A stretch of DNA of 64,000 bases from Rhodoluna limnophila (GTDB lineage: Bacteria > Actinomycetota > Actinomycetes > Actinomycetales > Microbacteriaceae): positions 42,254 through 106,253 of the forward strand of contig CAMCXL010000002.1 in the NCBI GenBank assembly GCA_945883505.1. Reading direction: 5' to 3'. The notes beneath the pieces were generated by a model, which worked only from the letters and a program-made list of their open reading frames with translations, searched no databases and was not told the DNA's origin. Below are positions 38,936 through 47,812 of this stretch, piece by piece; the first letter of the stretch is position 1; each line of letters begins with the position of its first letter. Position numbers and translations under genes: made by a program.

Positions 38936-39936
38936 TGAAGCTGACCATGCCGGCAGAGTGGGAAACACACGAGCGAACCTGGATGGCCTGGCCACCGGGC
39001 AATTACCTGCTTGGAGAAAGCAATAGCGAAGCAGAAGCAGCTAGGACTAGTTGGGCAGCTGTTGCGAATGCGGTCATCAAGTACGAACCGGTCACTGTTT
39101 TGGCAACCACCGATCAACTCGAGATTGCCAGAGCGTACCTTCACCCGAGCATCGAGATTATCGAGGCAGATTTAGATGATGCCTGGATGAGAGACTCCGG
39201 TCCGACCTTTGTGAAAGATGAATCAGGCAACCTGGTTGCAGTGAACTGGATCTTTAACGGCTGGGGTGCGCAAGACTGGGCGGCTTGGGAAAAAGACTCT
39301 CTGGTGGCTTCCTTTGTTGGAGAACTTTCTGGCGCATCGGTATCTGACTCCTTCCTGATCAACGAAGGGGGCGGTATTCATGTAAACGGCGCGGGTGTTG
39401 TGTTGCTGACTGAAACAGTCCAGCTCGGCGAAGGCAGGAATAAGCACCTGAGCCGCCAAGAAGTTGAAACCGAGATTCACGCCAAGCTTGGAACCAACAA
39501 AGCCATCTGGGTAAAGCGGGGGCTAACAAGGGACTACGACGGCTATGGAACCCGCGGACACATCGACATCGTGGCCTGCTTCGCAAGCGAGAATGTCATC
39601 TTGTATCACGACCAGCAAGACCCTTCACACCCCGACTATGAAGTATCTAAAGAAGTGAAGGCAACCCTTGAAGCAGCTGGGGACTTTGAGGTAATTGGAA
39701 TACCAGCACCTAAAGTTTTGCGAGACGAACAAGACTTCGTCGACTACAGCTATATCAATCACTACATCGTCAACGGTGCAGTAATTCTTTGCTCCTTCGA
39801 TGACCCGAATGATTCAGTGGCTAAACAAATCCTCGAGAAGGTATATCCAGGGCGTGAGATTGTTCTGGTTGATGCCAGGGAAATATTCGCTCGCGGCGGG
39901 GGAATTCATTGCATTACCCAGCAGCAACCGGCTTAG
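38935..39936 (+). CDS. aguA: agmatine deiminase
   Basis: 333 aa. MPAEWETHERTWMAWP, RDSGPTFV, NGWG, GHIDIV and C-terminal GGGIHCITQQQP (catalytic Cys). Confidence 0.9.
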   Translation: MKLTMPAEWETHERTWMAWPPGNYLLGESNSEAEAARTSWAAVANAVIKYEPVTVLATTDQLEIARAYLHPSIEIIEADLDDAWMRDSGPTFVKDESGNLVAVNWIFNGWGAQDWAAWEKDSLVASFVGELSGASVSDSFLINEGGGIHVNGAGVVLLTETVQLGEGRNKHLSRQEVETEIHAKLGTNKAIWVKRGLTRDYDGYGTRGHIDIVACFASENVILYHDQQDPSHPDYEVSKEVKATLEAAGDFEVIGIPAPKVLRDEQDFVDYSYINHYIVNGAVILCSFDDPNDSVAKQILEKVYPGREIVLVDAREIFARGGGIHCITQQQPA

Positions 39937-40016
39937 CCAGTAAAGATTGCTCAAGCCAGGTGGGTTCTTCAAGAGACTGCATTTTCTACCTGCCACAAAC
40001 CTGTATTATTTTTTAG

Positions 40017-40673
40017 ATGCTATTGAAATTCCTGCCCGCAAGTATTCGGGTAATAACCGGCTTTGGATTAATCGGCAGCGTAATCTGGCAGGTCACTGAC
40101 CGCACTCTCAACAATAACTTCAGGCCTTTCGAGTATTTTGCTTACTTCTCTATCGTGGGCGCCGTATTTGCCGGGGCAATGCTTTTGGTGACCGGCGTCA
40201 GGGCCTTCAAGCAACTAGACGAAGGCAAGCGTTTGGAGATTACAAGACTGAGTCTTACGGTAGCGATGATCGTGATCGGGGTTGTTTACCACGCTTTGCT
40301 ATCTGATGTTGCAAACGACGTTAGAGACGGCGACTACGAGTGGCCGGTATTTCCAAATGAATTCATTCACACCTATGGGCCAATTCTGATTGTTTTGGAC
40401 TATCTGATTTCACAGAAGGCTTTCAACATAAGATTAAGAGCCGCGCTCTGGGTCGCAGTGTTTCCCCTGATTTGGCTGATCTTTTCGGTTATCCGTGGAT
40501 TCATCACTAACTGGTGGCCGTACTGGTTTATAAACCCAAACGGCGAAGCTGGGGTTATTGGCATGCTCAGCTACATAGGGGCAATCACCACGTTTTTCTT
40601 GATTCTGGGCTTTGTAGTGCTGGGGCTAAAGAAGCTACTTAGAAAGGCGCTAGTTCGCCAGAACAATCCGTAG
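40017..40673 (+). CDS. integral membrane protein (about 6 TM), family not recognised
   Basis: 218 aa, hydrophobic throughout, in a clean ORF. Confidence 0.55.
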   Translation: MLLKFLPASIRVITGFGLIGSVIWQVTDRTLNNNFRPFEYFAYFSIVGAVFAGAMLLVTGVRAFKQLDEGKRLEITRLSLTVAMIVIGVVYHALLSDVANDVRDGDYEWPVFPNEFIHTYGPILIVLDYLISQKAFNIRLRAALWVAVFPLIWLIFSVIRGFITNWWPYWFINPNGEAGVIGMLSYIGAITTFFLILGFVVLGLKKLLRKALVRQNNP

Positions 40674-40707
40674 TACGGAGCTCTGTTTGCGGTGCTATCG
40701 TATCTAA

Positions 40708-41721
40708 ATGCGCGCATCGAAGTGGATTGCCATCACGGCAACCGTTCTAGTTCTCACAGTTGCTGGAGGCGCACTTGCTGCAGGCAACTACGTATACACC
40801 TCCGGAACAGTTGTTCCGTGTGCGATCAATGAAGATGATCTAGAAAACAAGCCCGAGCAGTTTTACACTCCAGCCGTAGGCAATGGTCCCTTCCCAGGAG
40901 ATGGCTGGGATAAGTGGGCAGACTATGACCTCAGCAGCTGGTGGATGACAGACTCTAGCTATCAGGCCGTTGAGATACCGGTTGCAGAAAATATCGTTCT
41001 TTCCGCTTGGTGGATAACTCCAACCGTCTCAAACGGTAAGAACGTTATTGTCACCCACGGTATCGGAACCTCAAGAAGAGACTTCAATGCCCTTCTCCCA
41101 ACTGCGATGCTGGTAAAAAACGGTTTCCACGTGCTGCTAGTAGATTCCCGTGACACTGGAGAATCCACCTGCACCGACGGTAGGCACTCTGCCGGTCAGG
41201 AAGAATCAACTGACTTCGCCGCCGTTGCCGATTGGTTGATTGAGAACAAGGGCATCACGGCATCATCGCTTGGAATGTTCGGTGTTTCCGGTGGCGCGGT
41301 TGCGACTTCACTGGTTCCAGCCAAAACCCAAAACGTTTCGGCATTTGCCATGGAGGGAACCATCTTTGACTTCAACGCAGCTGCCACTCGCGAGGTTGAA
41401 TTCCAAGGCTTCCCTGGATTCCTATGGCAACTTGCACTGATCTCGGCTCAGCTGTTTCACGGCGTGAACCTAACTGAAACTAGTGTCATGGAAGGAATCG
41501 AAGCTGCCGGCCAACGCCCAATGCTTATTCTGCACGGCGATAGCGATCAGCGCCTGGACTACCAGTCGTCGGTCGATTTCTACAGCTATGCAAAAGACAT
41601 TGGTGCAGACATTTCGCTAGAGACCTTTGTGGGATCCGACCACACCGAGGGAATGCTCTCTGAGACCAATCGCTATGCCGAGGCGCTGTCCAGCTTCTTC
41701 GATGAGGCGCTAACAAAGTAA
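40708..41721 (+). CDS. membrane-anchored or secreted alpha/beta hydrolase
   Basis: 337 aa. N-terminal TM/signal anchor, nucleophile elbow GVSGGA, late HGDSD and a C-terminal DHTEG (Asp/His of the triad). Confidence 0.7.
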   Translation: MRASKWIAITATVLVLTVAGGALAAGNYVYTSGTVVPCAINEDDLENKPEQFYTPAVGNGPFPGDGWDKWADYDLSSWWMTDSSYQAVEIPVAENIVLSAWWITPTVSNGKNVIVTHGIGTSRRDFNALLPTAMLVKNGFHVLLVDSRDTGESTCTDGRHSAGQEESTDFAAVADWLIENKGITASSLGMFGVSGGAVATSLVPAKTQNVSAFAMEGTIFDFNAAATREVEFQGFPGFLWQLALISAQLFHGVNLTETSVMEGIEAAGQRPMLILHGDSDQRLDYQSSVDFYSYAKDIGADISLETFVGSDHTEGMLSETNRYAEALSSFFDEALTK

Positions 41722-42141
41722 ATGAAATACGCCAAGGTAATCGCCCGCTACCTGCTTGGTGCTGCCCTAATTTATGCCGGCGTTGGCCACTTCACATTTT
41801 CTAGAACTGAGTTCCAAGCCCAGGTGCCACCTTGGGTCCCCCTAGATGCCGACTTCGTGGTTCTAGCTTCCGGGGTAGTTGAGATTGCTCTGGGTTTAAG
41901 TTTGATCTTTATTGCTCGCTACAAAAAGCAAATCGGTTGGCTTACTGCCTTGTTCTTCCTTGCTATTTTTCCAGGCAACATCTCCCAGTACCTGACTCAA
42001 ACCGATGCTTTTGGGCTCAACACCGATCAGGCCAGGCTAACAAGGCTGTTTTTCCAGCCAGTTCTGATTCTTTGGGCACTTTGGGCAACCGATGCCTGGT
42101 CCAGAAAAAAGATAGCCGGACAAAACTCAAAATCTTCTTAG
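41722..42141 (+). CDS. DoxX-like small membrane protein (tentative)
   Basis: 139 aa with 4 TM. LLGAALIYAGVGHF and AIFPGNISQY resemble DoxX-type proteins. It starts 1 nt after the hydrolase stop. Confidence 0.5.
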   Translation: MKYAKVIARYLLGAALIYAGVGHFTFSRTEFQAQVPPWVPLDADFVVLASGVVEIALGLSLIFIARYKKQIGWLTALFFLAIFPGNISQYLTQTDAFGLNTDQARLTRLFFQPVLILWALWATDAWSRKKIAGQNSKSS

Positions 42142-43181
42142 ATTGTGCTCGCATCGATTACAAAGCGATATCTAACATCTGATCCAACCACCCGGTCGTA
42201 GGCTGCATCGACGCTGCTGGCAGCTGAAGCATCCAGGAGCTCGATGGTCGAGGTGATGTTTTTCTCGCCACAGAAATCAAGCATCTGTTGAGTCAAAGCG
42301 ATACCACCGGTGTTTGAACCACCGATGCTCTTTAGTCCCGTGACCAAAGAAAATGGATCAAAGGACTGAGCTTCGCCTGGCAGACCCACGTAGACCAAGG
42401 ACCCACCGACTCGAAGCATCGCCAACAGCGCGTCGTTGTCAGCTGAAGAGCTAGTGGTGTTCAAGATCATGTCAAAGAAGTTCTTATGGGTGTCAATGGC
42501 GTCCACGGTAATCAAATATTCCTTGGCACCAAACTCCTTGGCGTCCTGCTCTTTAGCCTTGCTTCTTCCAAGCACATACACCTCGGCACCCATGGCAACC
42601 GCAAACTTCACTGCCATGTGACCTAATCCCCCGAGACCTAAGATGGCAACTTTCTTGCCCGGTCCAACCTTCCAGTGGTTAAGCGGTGAGTACACGGTGA
42701 CTCCAGCACAAAGCAGCGGGGCTGCCTCAGCCATGTCAAGGTTTGCAGGTATCGAGAGTACGTAGTTTTGGTCCACAACTATCTGCTTGGCGTAGCCACC
42801 AAAAGCTGGCGCCTTGTCGTAGTGGCGCCCGTTGTAGGTTTGAACGTTTCCCTTAAGGCAGTAGTTTTCACGGCCCTCTAGGCAGTACTCGCACTTACGA
42901 CACGAGTCAACAAAAGTTCCAACGCCGACTCGGTCGCCAACTTTGAACTTCGAAACGTTTGAACCAACCCCAATTACCTCACCGGCGATTTCGTGACCTG
43001 GAACCATCGGAAAGATTCCCTCAAACCATTCGTTCCTAGCTTGGTGAATGTCTGAGTGGCAGATTCCAGAGTAAAGAATCTTGATGTGAACCCCGTCTGT
43101 GCCAATCTCCCGGAGCGGCACCTCGGACTTTTCGAACTTTGAGGTTGGGCTAGCAACTAAAAGCGCATGGGTAGTAGACAA
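42138..43181 (-). CDS. zinc-dependent NAD(P) alcohol dehydrogenase (cinnamyl-alcohol dehydrogenase / YahK-like)
   Basis: 347 aa. GICHSDIH, GHEIAGEV, structural-zinc cysteines CRKCEYCLEGRENYC and Rossmann motif GLGGLGHMAV. Confidence 0.9.
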   Translation of the reverse strand: MSTTHALLVASPTSKFEKSEVPLREIGTDGVHIKILYSGICHSDIHQARNEWFEGIFPMVPGHEIAGEVIGVGSNVSKFKVGDRVGVGTFVDSCRKCEYCLEGRENYCLKGNVQTYNGRHYDKAPAFGGYAKQIVVDQNYVLSIPANLDMAEAAPLLCAGVTVYSPLNHWKVGPGKKVAILGLGGLGHMAVKFAVAMGAEVYVLGRSKAKEQDAKEFGAKEYLITVDAIDTHKNFFDMILNTTSSSADNDALLAMLRVGGSLVYVGLPGEAQSFDPFSLVTGLKSIGGSNTGGIALTQQMLDFCGEKNITSTIELLDASAASSVDAAYDRVVGSDVRYRFVIDASTI

Positions 43182-43277
43182 GTTATCTCCTTGGGGATTA
43201 TCGGTTCTAGTGACAAGCCTAAGCCAGCCTCGTCAAGGGTTATATCGATCCACTGAATCAGGTGCTGATTCCACTGC

Positions 43278-43763
43278 TTACTTTTTTGCCGTTGCCTTTG
43301 GCTTTGAGCTGTCCTTGCGAGTTGCAAGAGCAAATAAGGCAAGTCCTGCAACCAGTGCTCCGGCGCCTAGTCCGTAGGAGACAACATCAGCGGCGCGGTT
43401 GGTGTCAACGAAAACACCGACGAAGACCACGGCGATGATGGCAACCACCACACCGATTAGCTTGGACTTTAGGTCGTCAAGGTCTGCCACCTGGAGCCAG
43501 GTTGGCACCTCGAGCCTGGTGTCAACAAATAGCTCGTATAGACCGTAGCCAATAACCAGTAAAACTGTTCCAAGCAAAATTGCATCGATTGCAGTCAGGA
43601 CATCAACGATGGTGTCTTTTAGATATGCGTCGTATAAGACAGCATCGATAATCACCAGGACAACCTCGATGGAACCCTGAGCCATCAATAGCAGCGCTCC
43701 GAGGATCGCAGCTATAGAAGGAACGATGACCGCGTAGCGGGTGAGTCCTATAATTTTGCGCAT
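43278..43763 (-). CDS. YqhA/UPF0114-like membrane protein (tentative)
   Basis: 161 aa with 4 TM. The N-terminal pattern and size fit the YqhA family. Confidence 0.5.
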   Translation of the reverse strand: MRKIIGLTRYAVIVPSIAAILGALLLMAQGSIEVVLVIIDAVLYDAYLKDTIVDVLTAIDAILLGTVLLVIGYGLYELFVDTRLEVPTWLQVADLDDLKSKLIGVVVAIIAVVFVGVFVDTNRAADVVSYGLGAGALVAGLALFALATRKDSSKPKATAKK

Positions 43764-43793
43764 GAGCCCATGGTACTAGCCCTAAAGGATCTT

Positions 43794-44396
43794 TCAGAAG
43801 CTATAAAACGCCAGCATGATTGCTATTCCAAACATCACCGCGGCAATCAAAAGATCTAATACCTTCCAAAACACAGGCTTTGCCATAAACCTCGACGCGG
43901 CCCTGGCCCCAAAGCCAATAGAGCTAAACCACAAAATGCTGGCAACTGCTCCCCCGAGGGCAAACCACCATTTGTCCTCCCCAAATTGATTGCCGATTGA
44001 TCCGAGCAAAATAACGGTGTCCAGATAGACGTGAGGGTTCAAGAAAGTAAAGCCCAAAACAGCTAGCACCACTGACTTGGCACTTCCACTCTGCGCACCG
44101 GATGCATCTAGCATTTGGGTCTTGAATGCTGAGCGAAGCGACCTAATTCCAAACCAGGTCAAATAGGCCACTCCAAACCAACGGACGATCTCAAGTAGCC
44201 AAGGAAGCCCGGCAATCAGTGCACCAAGCCCTGCGACTCCCAGAAGAATAAGGAGTGCATCAGAAATCGCACAAATAGCAACAACCAGCAGTACGTGCTT
44301 TTTGGTTAAGCCCTGACGAATAACGAAGGCATTCTGAGCACCGATTGCAATGATGAGGGATAGCCCGGTTAGAAAACCGGGTAGGAATGCAATCAC
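43794..44396 (-). CDS. LysE/ArgO-family basic amino-acid exporter
   Basis: 200 aa. FLPGFLTGLSLIIAIGAQNAFVIRQGL and LNPHVYLDTV are LysE/ArgO signatures. No LysG/ArgP-type regulator lies adjacent. Confidence 0.8.
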   Translation of the reverse strand: MIAFLPGFLTGLSLIIAIGAQNAFVIRQGLTKKHVLLVVAICAISDALLILLGVAGLGALIAGLPWLLEIVRWFGVAYLTWFGIRSLRSAFKTQMLDASGAQSGSAKSVVLAVLGFTFLNPHVYLDTVILLGSIGNQFGEDKWWFALGGAVASILWFSSIGFGARAASRFMAKPVFWKVLDLLIAAVMFGIAIMLAFYSF

Positions 44397-44515
44397 CGCT
44401 TGATTCTAAGGGTTGTGCTGAAAACCTAGTATTCTCACCAATAAAATCGAGTACATAATTCCTTTTATCCGCATTAGGCTGTGACGCAACCGTGAACCAC
44501 GCTAAGGAGATTAGC

Positions 44516-44734
44516 ATGGCAACTGGCAAGTTTTGGACTCGAGGATTTTCAATCGGGTTCTTTGTGTCTTCTCCCATATTTCTTTTGGGAGGACTGTACT
44601 TTCTGATGATTTCGGGTCTTACCGAAAGAAGTAACCCAATCGGCGGACTTTTTGCCTGGATAGGGCTGCTACTGGTCTTGTTTCCGGCCGGTTTGACACT
44701 CGCTAGATTTTTGTGGCTGCGCAAGAAACAGTAG
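44516..44734 (+). CDS. small membrane protein (72 aa)
   Basis: Two TM helices. I prefer the ATG at 44516, which has AAGGAG 6 nt upstream, over the track GTG at 44492. Confidence 0.4.
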   Translation: MATGKFWTRGFSIGFFVSSPIFLLGGLYFLMISGLTERSNPIGGLFAWIGLLLVLFPAGLTLARFLWLRKKQ

Positions 44735-44740
44735 CCGAAG

Positions 44741-44813
44741 CGCCCTCGGCAGGAATCGAACCTGCGACCAAGAGATTAGAAGGCTCTTGCTCTATCCACT
44801 GAGCTACGAGGGC
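44741..44813 (-). tRNA. tRNA-Arg (anticodon TCT)
   Basis: The reverse complement reads GCCCTCG TA GCTC AGTGGATA GAGC A AGAGC CTTCTAA TCTCT TGGTC GCAGG TTCGATT CCTGC CGAGGGC G. The 31:39 pair is C:U. No encoded CCA. Confidence 0.85.
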
Positions 44814-44837
44814 AGATGACCAGTTTATCGGCTGAGG

Positions 44838-45647
44838 CTACTTCTCGTTCTCAGTTCTAGAAAGCCTCTGGGAAACATAAACCGGAATCAGCGACAAAAC
44901 AATCACAACCGTTGCAACCACGTTTACAACCGATGCCTGGTTTGGTCTTGCCATTTCCTTCAATATCCATAGCGGGAGGGTGTCAACTCCCGGAGGAGCC
45001 GTAAAGATGGTCACCACAACCTCATCAAAACTTAACGCAAAGGCAAGTAGGGCTCCTGCTGCAAAGGCAGTTCTAAATTGTGGGAAAGTCACTAGTCGGA
45101 AGGTTCCCCAAAGGCCTTCGCCCAGATCCATAGACGCTTCTTGAAGCGATGGGTTCATCCGCTTTAATCTTGCGAAGACGTTGTTGAAAACCATCACGAT
45201 ACAAAAAGTCGCGTGAGCCACAATCATGCCGAAATACCCAATCTGGAAACCAGCAGGGGTCAGGAAGTTGCTGTAGGTGTTACTGAAGGCAACACCGGTG
45301 ACAACTCCAGGCAAAGCAATCGGCAGCACAACGAGTAAGTTCACAGTTCCTTTACCGAAAAACTCATACTTGCTGAGAGCAAACGCAACCAGAGAGCCCA
45401 AGAGCATGGCTATCGTCATCGCTCCTAAGGCAACGATTGCGGAGTTTAGAAGGGCAGCTCGGATAGGCTCCGACTCAAAGGCAACCGCCCACCACTTGAA
45501 AGACCACTCCGGGATTGGCCAAGCCGAAATCTGACGTTCGTTGAATGCGTTCAGAATCAGTACGGATAACGGCGCATACATGAAGATCAGCACGACAGCG
45601 ACTATTGCCATCAATGACCATCTTGAGGTGCGAGAGAATCTAAGCAT
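44838..45647 (-). CDS. ABC transporter permease (PotC-like)
   Basis: 269 aa, 6 TM, EAA-type loop ...EASMDLGEGLWGTFRLVTFP. Confidence 0.85.
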   Translation of the reverse strand: MLRFSRTSRWSLMAIVAVVLIFMYAPLSVLILNAFNERQISAWPIPEWSFKWWAVAFESEPIRAALLNSAIVALGAMTIAMLLGSLVAFALSKYEFFGKGTVNLLVVLPIALPGVVTGVAFSNTYSNFLTPAGFQIGYFGMIVAHATFCIVMVFNNVFARLKRMNPSLQEASMDLGEGLWGTFRLVTFPQFRTAFAAGALLAFALSFDEVVVTIFTAPPGVDTLPLWILKEMARPNQASVVNVVATVVIVLSLIPVYVSQRLSRTENEK

Positions 45648-45653
45648 CTGGGT

Positions 45654-46532
45654 CTACATCCTCTCCAGCGAACCGGTTCGTCTTGCAACCATTAGGTACA
45701 TAACCACAAATGCAATTGGAACCATCGAGAAGGCTGCAGCAACCGGTGGGTTCAAGTTGATGTTCGAGGCAATGATTGAACCAATCATCTGGGTAGAGCC
45801 GCCAACGAATCGCGCAGCCAGGTAGTCACCAAGACTCAAAGAAAAGGTAAAGACGCTTCCGGCGATGATCGCCGGTGTGATCAGAGGCAGCACCATGCGG
45901 AAAACCGTTGGCCAACCTTTGGCTCCAAGGTCAGCCGAGGCATCAAAAAGATTAAGCGGCAGTTGTCTTATGGCCGTAAATACCGGCAGCGCCATGTAAG
46001 GGAACCACAGGTAGGCGAGAGTAAGAATTGTCACCGGAATACCAAAGCCTGGACCGCTTATCCCGAATGGGGCCATTAACCAATTGAATAGCCCCTCCTC
46101 AGTGAAGGTCAGCCTCATTGCCAAAAGCTTCACAAGATACCCGGCCCAGAGCGGCAGTGTTATGGCAACAGCGAGTAGGTTCCTGACCCAAGGCCTTGCA
46201 ATCTTGGCCATAAAGATCCCTAGAGGTATTGCAAACAAAATGCAGACAACGGTGACTGCAATGGCAATTCCAAGGGTGCGCATTGAGGTGGCAAAGTAAG
46301 CCGGAACGGTAAAGATGTTCACAAAGTTTTCGAGTGTAAATCCAGGAATCACCTTCGAAGTGAAAGGGTCAATAAACCAAAAGGCAGTAACCAAAAGAAG
46401 TGTTAGCGAGATTATGTAGACACCAACAAGCCAGGTCATTGGCAGCGCAAGCAGTGCAACGAGCCTAGTGTTTGGTCTCTTGTGCAAGTAAGTAGAAAGT
46501 GGGCGGTTAGGAGCCTTTTGGATTGCGCTCAA
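45654..46532 (-). CDS. ABC transporter permease (PotB-like)
   Basis: 292 aa, 6 TM, EAA-type loop DASADLGAKGWPTVFRMVLPL. Confidence 0.85.
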   Translation of the reverse strand: MSAIQKAPNRPLSTYLHKRPNTRLVALLALPMTWLVGVYIISLTLLLVTAFWFIDPFTSKVIPGFTLENFVNIFTVPAYFATSMRTLGIAIAVTVVCILFAIPLGIFMAKIARPWVRNLLAVAITLPLWAGYLVKLLAMRLTFTEEGLFNWLMAPFGISGPGFGIPVTILTLAYLWFPYMALPVFTAIRQLPLNLFDASADLGAKGWPTVFRMVLPLITPAIIAGSVFTFSLSLGDYLAARFVGGSTQMIGSIIASNINLNPPVAAAFSMVPIAFVVMYLMVARRTGSLERM

Positions 46533-46590
46533 TTTCTCACCTACTCAGTAAAAGTTGCGGGGGAAGTGTTTCGTATCTGGTTCTGGTGTT

Positions 46591-46619
46591 GCCGGGTGGG
46601 GTTTGATCCCCCACCCGGC
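46591..46619 (-). other. intra-operon GC-rich hairpin between the binding-protein and permease genes
   Basis: GCCGGGTGGGG-TTTGATC-CCCCACCCGGC, an 11-bp stem with a 7-nt loop. It lies 12 nt downstream of the binding-protein stop and has no U tract on the transcribed strand. Confidence 0.4.
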
Positions 46620-46631
46620 AAAGCGTTGAAA

Positions 46632-47795
46632 TTAACCCTTAACGGTGACCCACGCATTGGTCCAGTCTTGGAAGCTGGTGCACTTAACATCAGTGCGTCC
46701 ATCAACACACTCCTCAATTGGAGTGGTCCAAGGCCATACCTGATCCCAGAACGCCTCATCCTCTGCTGCGAACTGGTCACAGTGAGCCTGAGTGTCGGCA
46801 TCTGTTGCACAGAAGGCAATGTTTGCAGGAGCCATACCAAAGTTCATGGCGATTGCTCCGTTGACGCTTGCCTGGCTGGTGTAGTCGATCCATGCGTAAG
46901 CACAGTTCGAGTTTGGAGAAGTGGTTGAAACCAACCAGGTGTCATACCATCCAGTTGAACCTTCCTTAGGAAGTGTGGTCTTCAGGTTCTCCTGAGCCGC
47001 AAACTTCTTCAAGATCTCCCAGCTAGTTCCAACAACGGTGTTTCCACCAACGAAGGAAGTAATCTGAGCCACTGGGTCTGACCAGTACTCACCGATGATG
47101 GTGTTCTGCTGCTTTAGCAGTTCAACCGCAGCGGCTAGCTGAGTCTCGTCTAGTGCGTATGGGTTTGTGATGCCAAGTTCTGGCTTGGTGGACATCAAGT
47201 ACACAGCTGCATCGGCAATGTAGATTGGTGCGTCATAAGCGGTGATCTTGCCAGCGTAAGGACTGTCGGCTTCCCAAACAACGTCCCAGCTCTCCGGAGC
47301 TCCACCGGTCACAGTTTCGTTGTACTGCAACAGGTTTGCGCCACGGCCGATTGGAACACCGTATGGCTTACCATTTACAACGTCATAGATCTGACCCTTC
47401 ATACCTTCAGCGATTTCATCGCTGAAGTTAGGGATTAGATCCATGTTTAGCGGTGCAACGTCTCCACCAACGATTAGGCGAAGGGCAGCATCACCTGAAG
47501 CCGACACGATGTCGTACTCGCCTGTTCGCATCAGGGTAACCATCTCATCGCTGGTGCCTGCAACGCGGGAATTAACAACGCAACCGGTTTCTGCTGTGAA
47601 TGGGTCAACCCACTTTGGGTCTACGAAACCAGACCAGTTAACGATGTTCAGCTCACCCTCGAAGGCACCGAGTTCAGCCTTCATTGGGACGTCTGGAACC
47701 GTAAGGGTCAGCTCGCCACTTGATGTTGCACAACCAGATAGCACCAGGGCGCTAGCTGCTAGTAGTGCAGGAAGAGCTAATTTGCTTCTTCTCAT
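46632..47795 (-). CDS. ABC transporter substrate-binding lipoprotein (PotD/PotF-like polyamine type)
   Basis: 387 aa. Lipobox LVLSGC and a family-1 solute-binding fold resembling spermidine/putrescine binders. The C-terminal third contains six cysteines. Confidence 0.8.
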   Translation of the reverse strand: MRRSKLALPALLAASALVLSGCATSSGELTLTVPDVPMKAELGAFEGELNIVNWSGFVDPKWVDPFTAETGCVVNSRVAGTSDEMVTLMRTGEYDIVSASGDAALRLIVGGDVAPLNMDLIPNFSDEIAEGMKGQIYDVVNGKPYGVPIGRGANLLQYNETVTGGAPESWDVVWEADSPYAGKITAYDAPIYIADAAVYLMSTKPELGITNPYALDETQLAAAVELLKQQNTIIGEYWSDPVAQITSFVGGNTVVGTSWEILKKFAAQENLKTTLPKEGSTGWYDTWLVSTTSPNSNCAYAWIDYTSQASVNGAIAMNFGMAPANIAFCATDADTQAHCDQFAAEDEAFWDQVWPWTTPIEECVDGRTDVKCTSFQDWTNAWVTVKG

Positions 47796-47812
47796 TTTTT
47801 TCCTCTCATTAT

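Noticed and set aside
43255-43271. Hairpin GAATCAG-GTG-CTGATTC downstream of the YqhA-like gene, considered as an intrinsic terminator
   Set aside because: It has only 7 bp with a 3-nt loop and no U tract on the transcribed (minus) strand. That is too weak to call.
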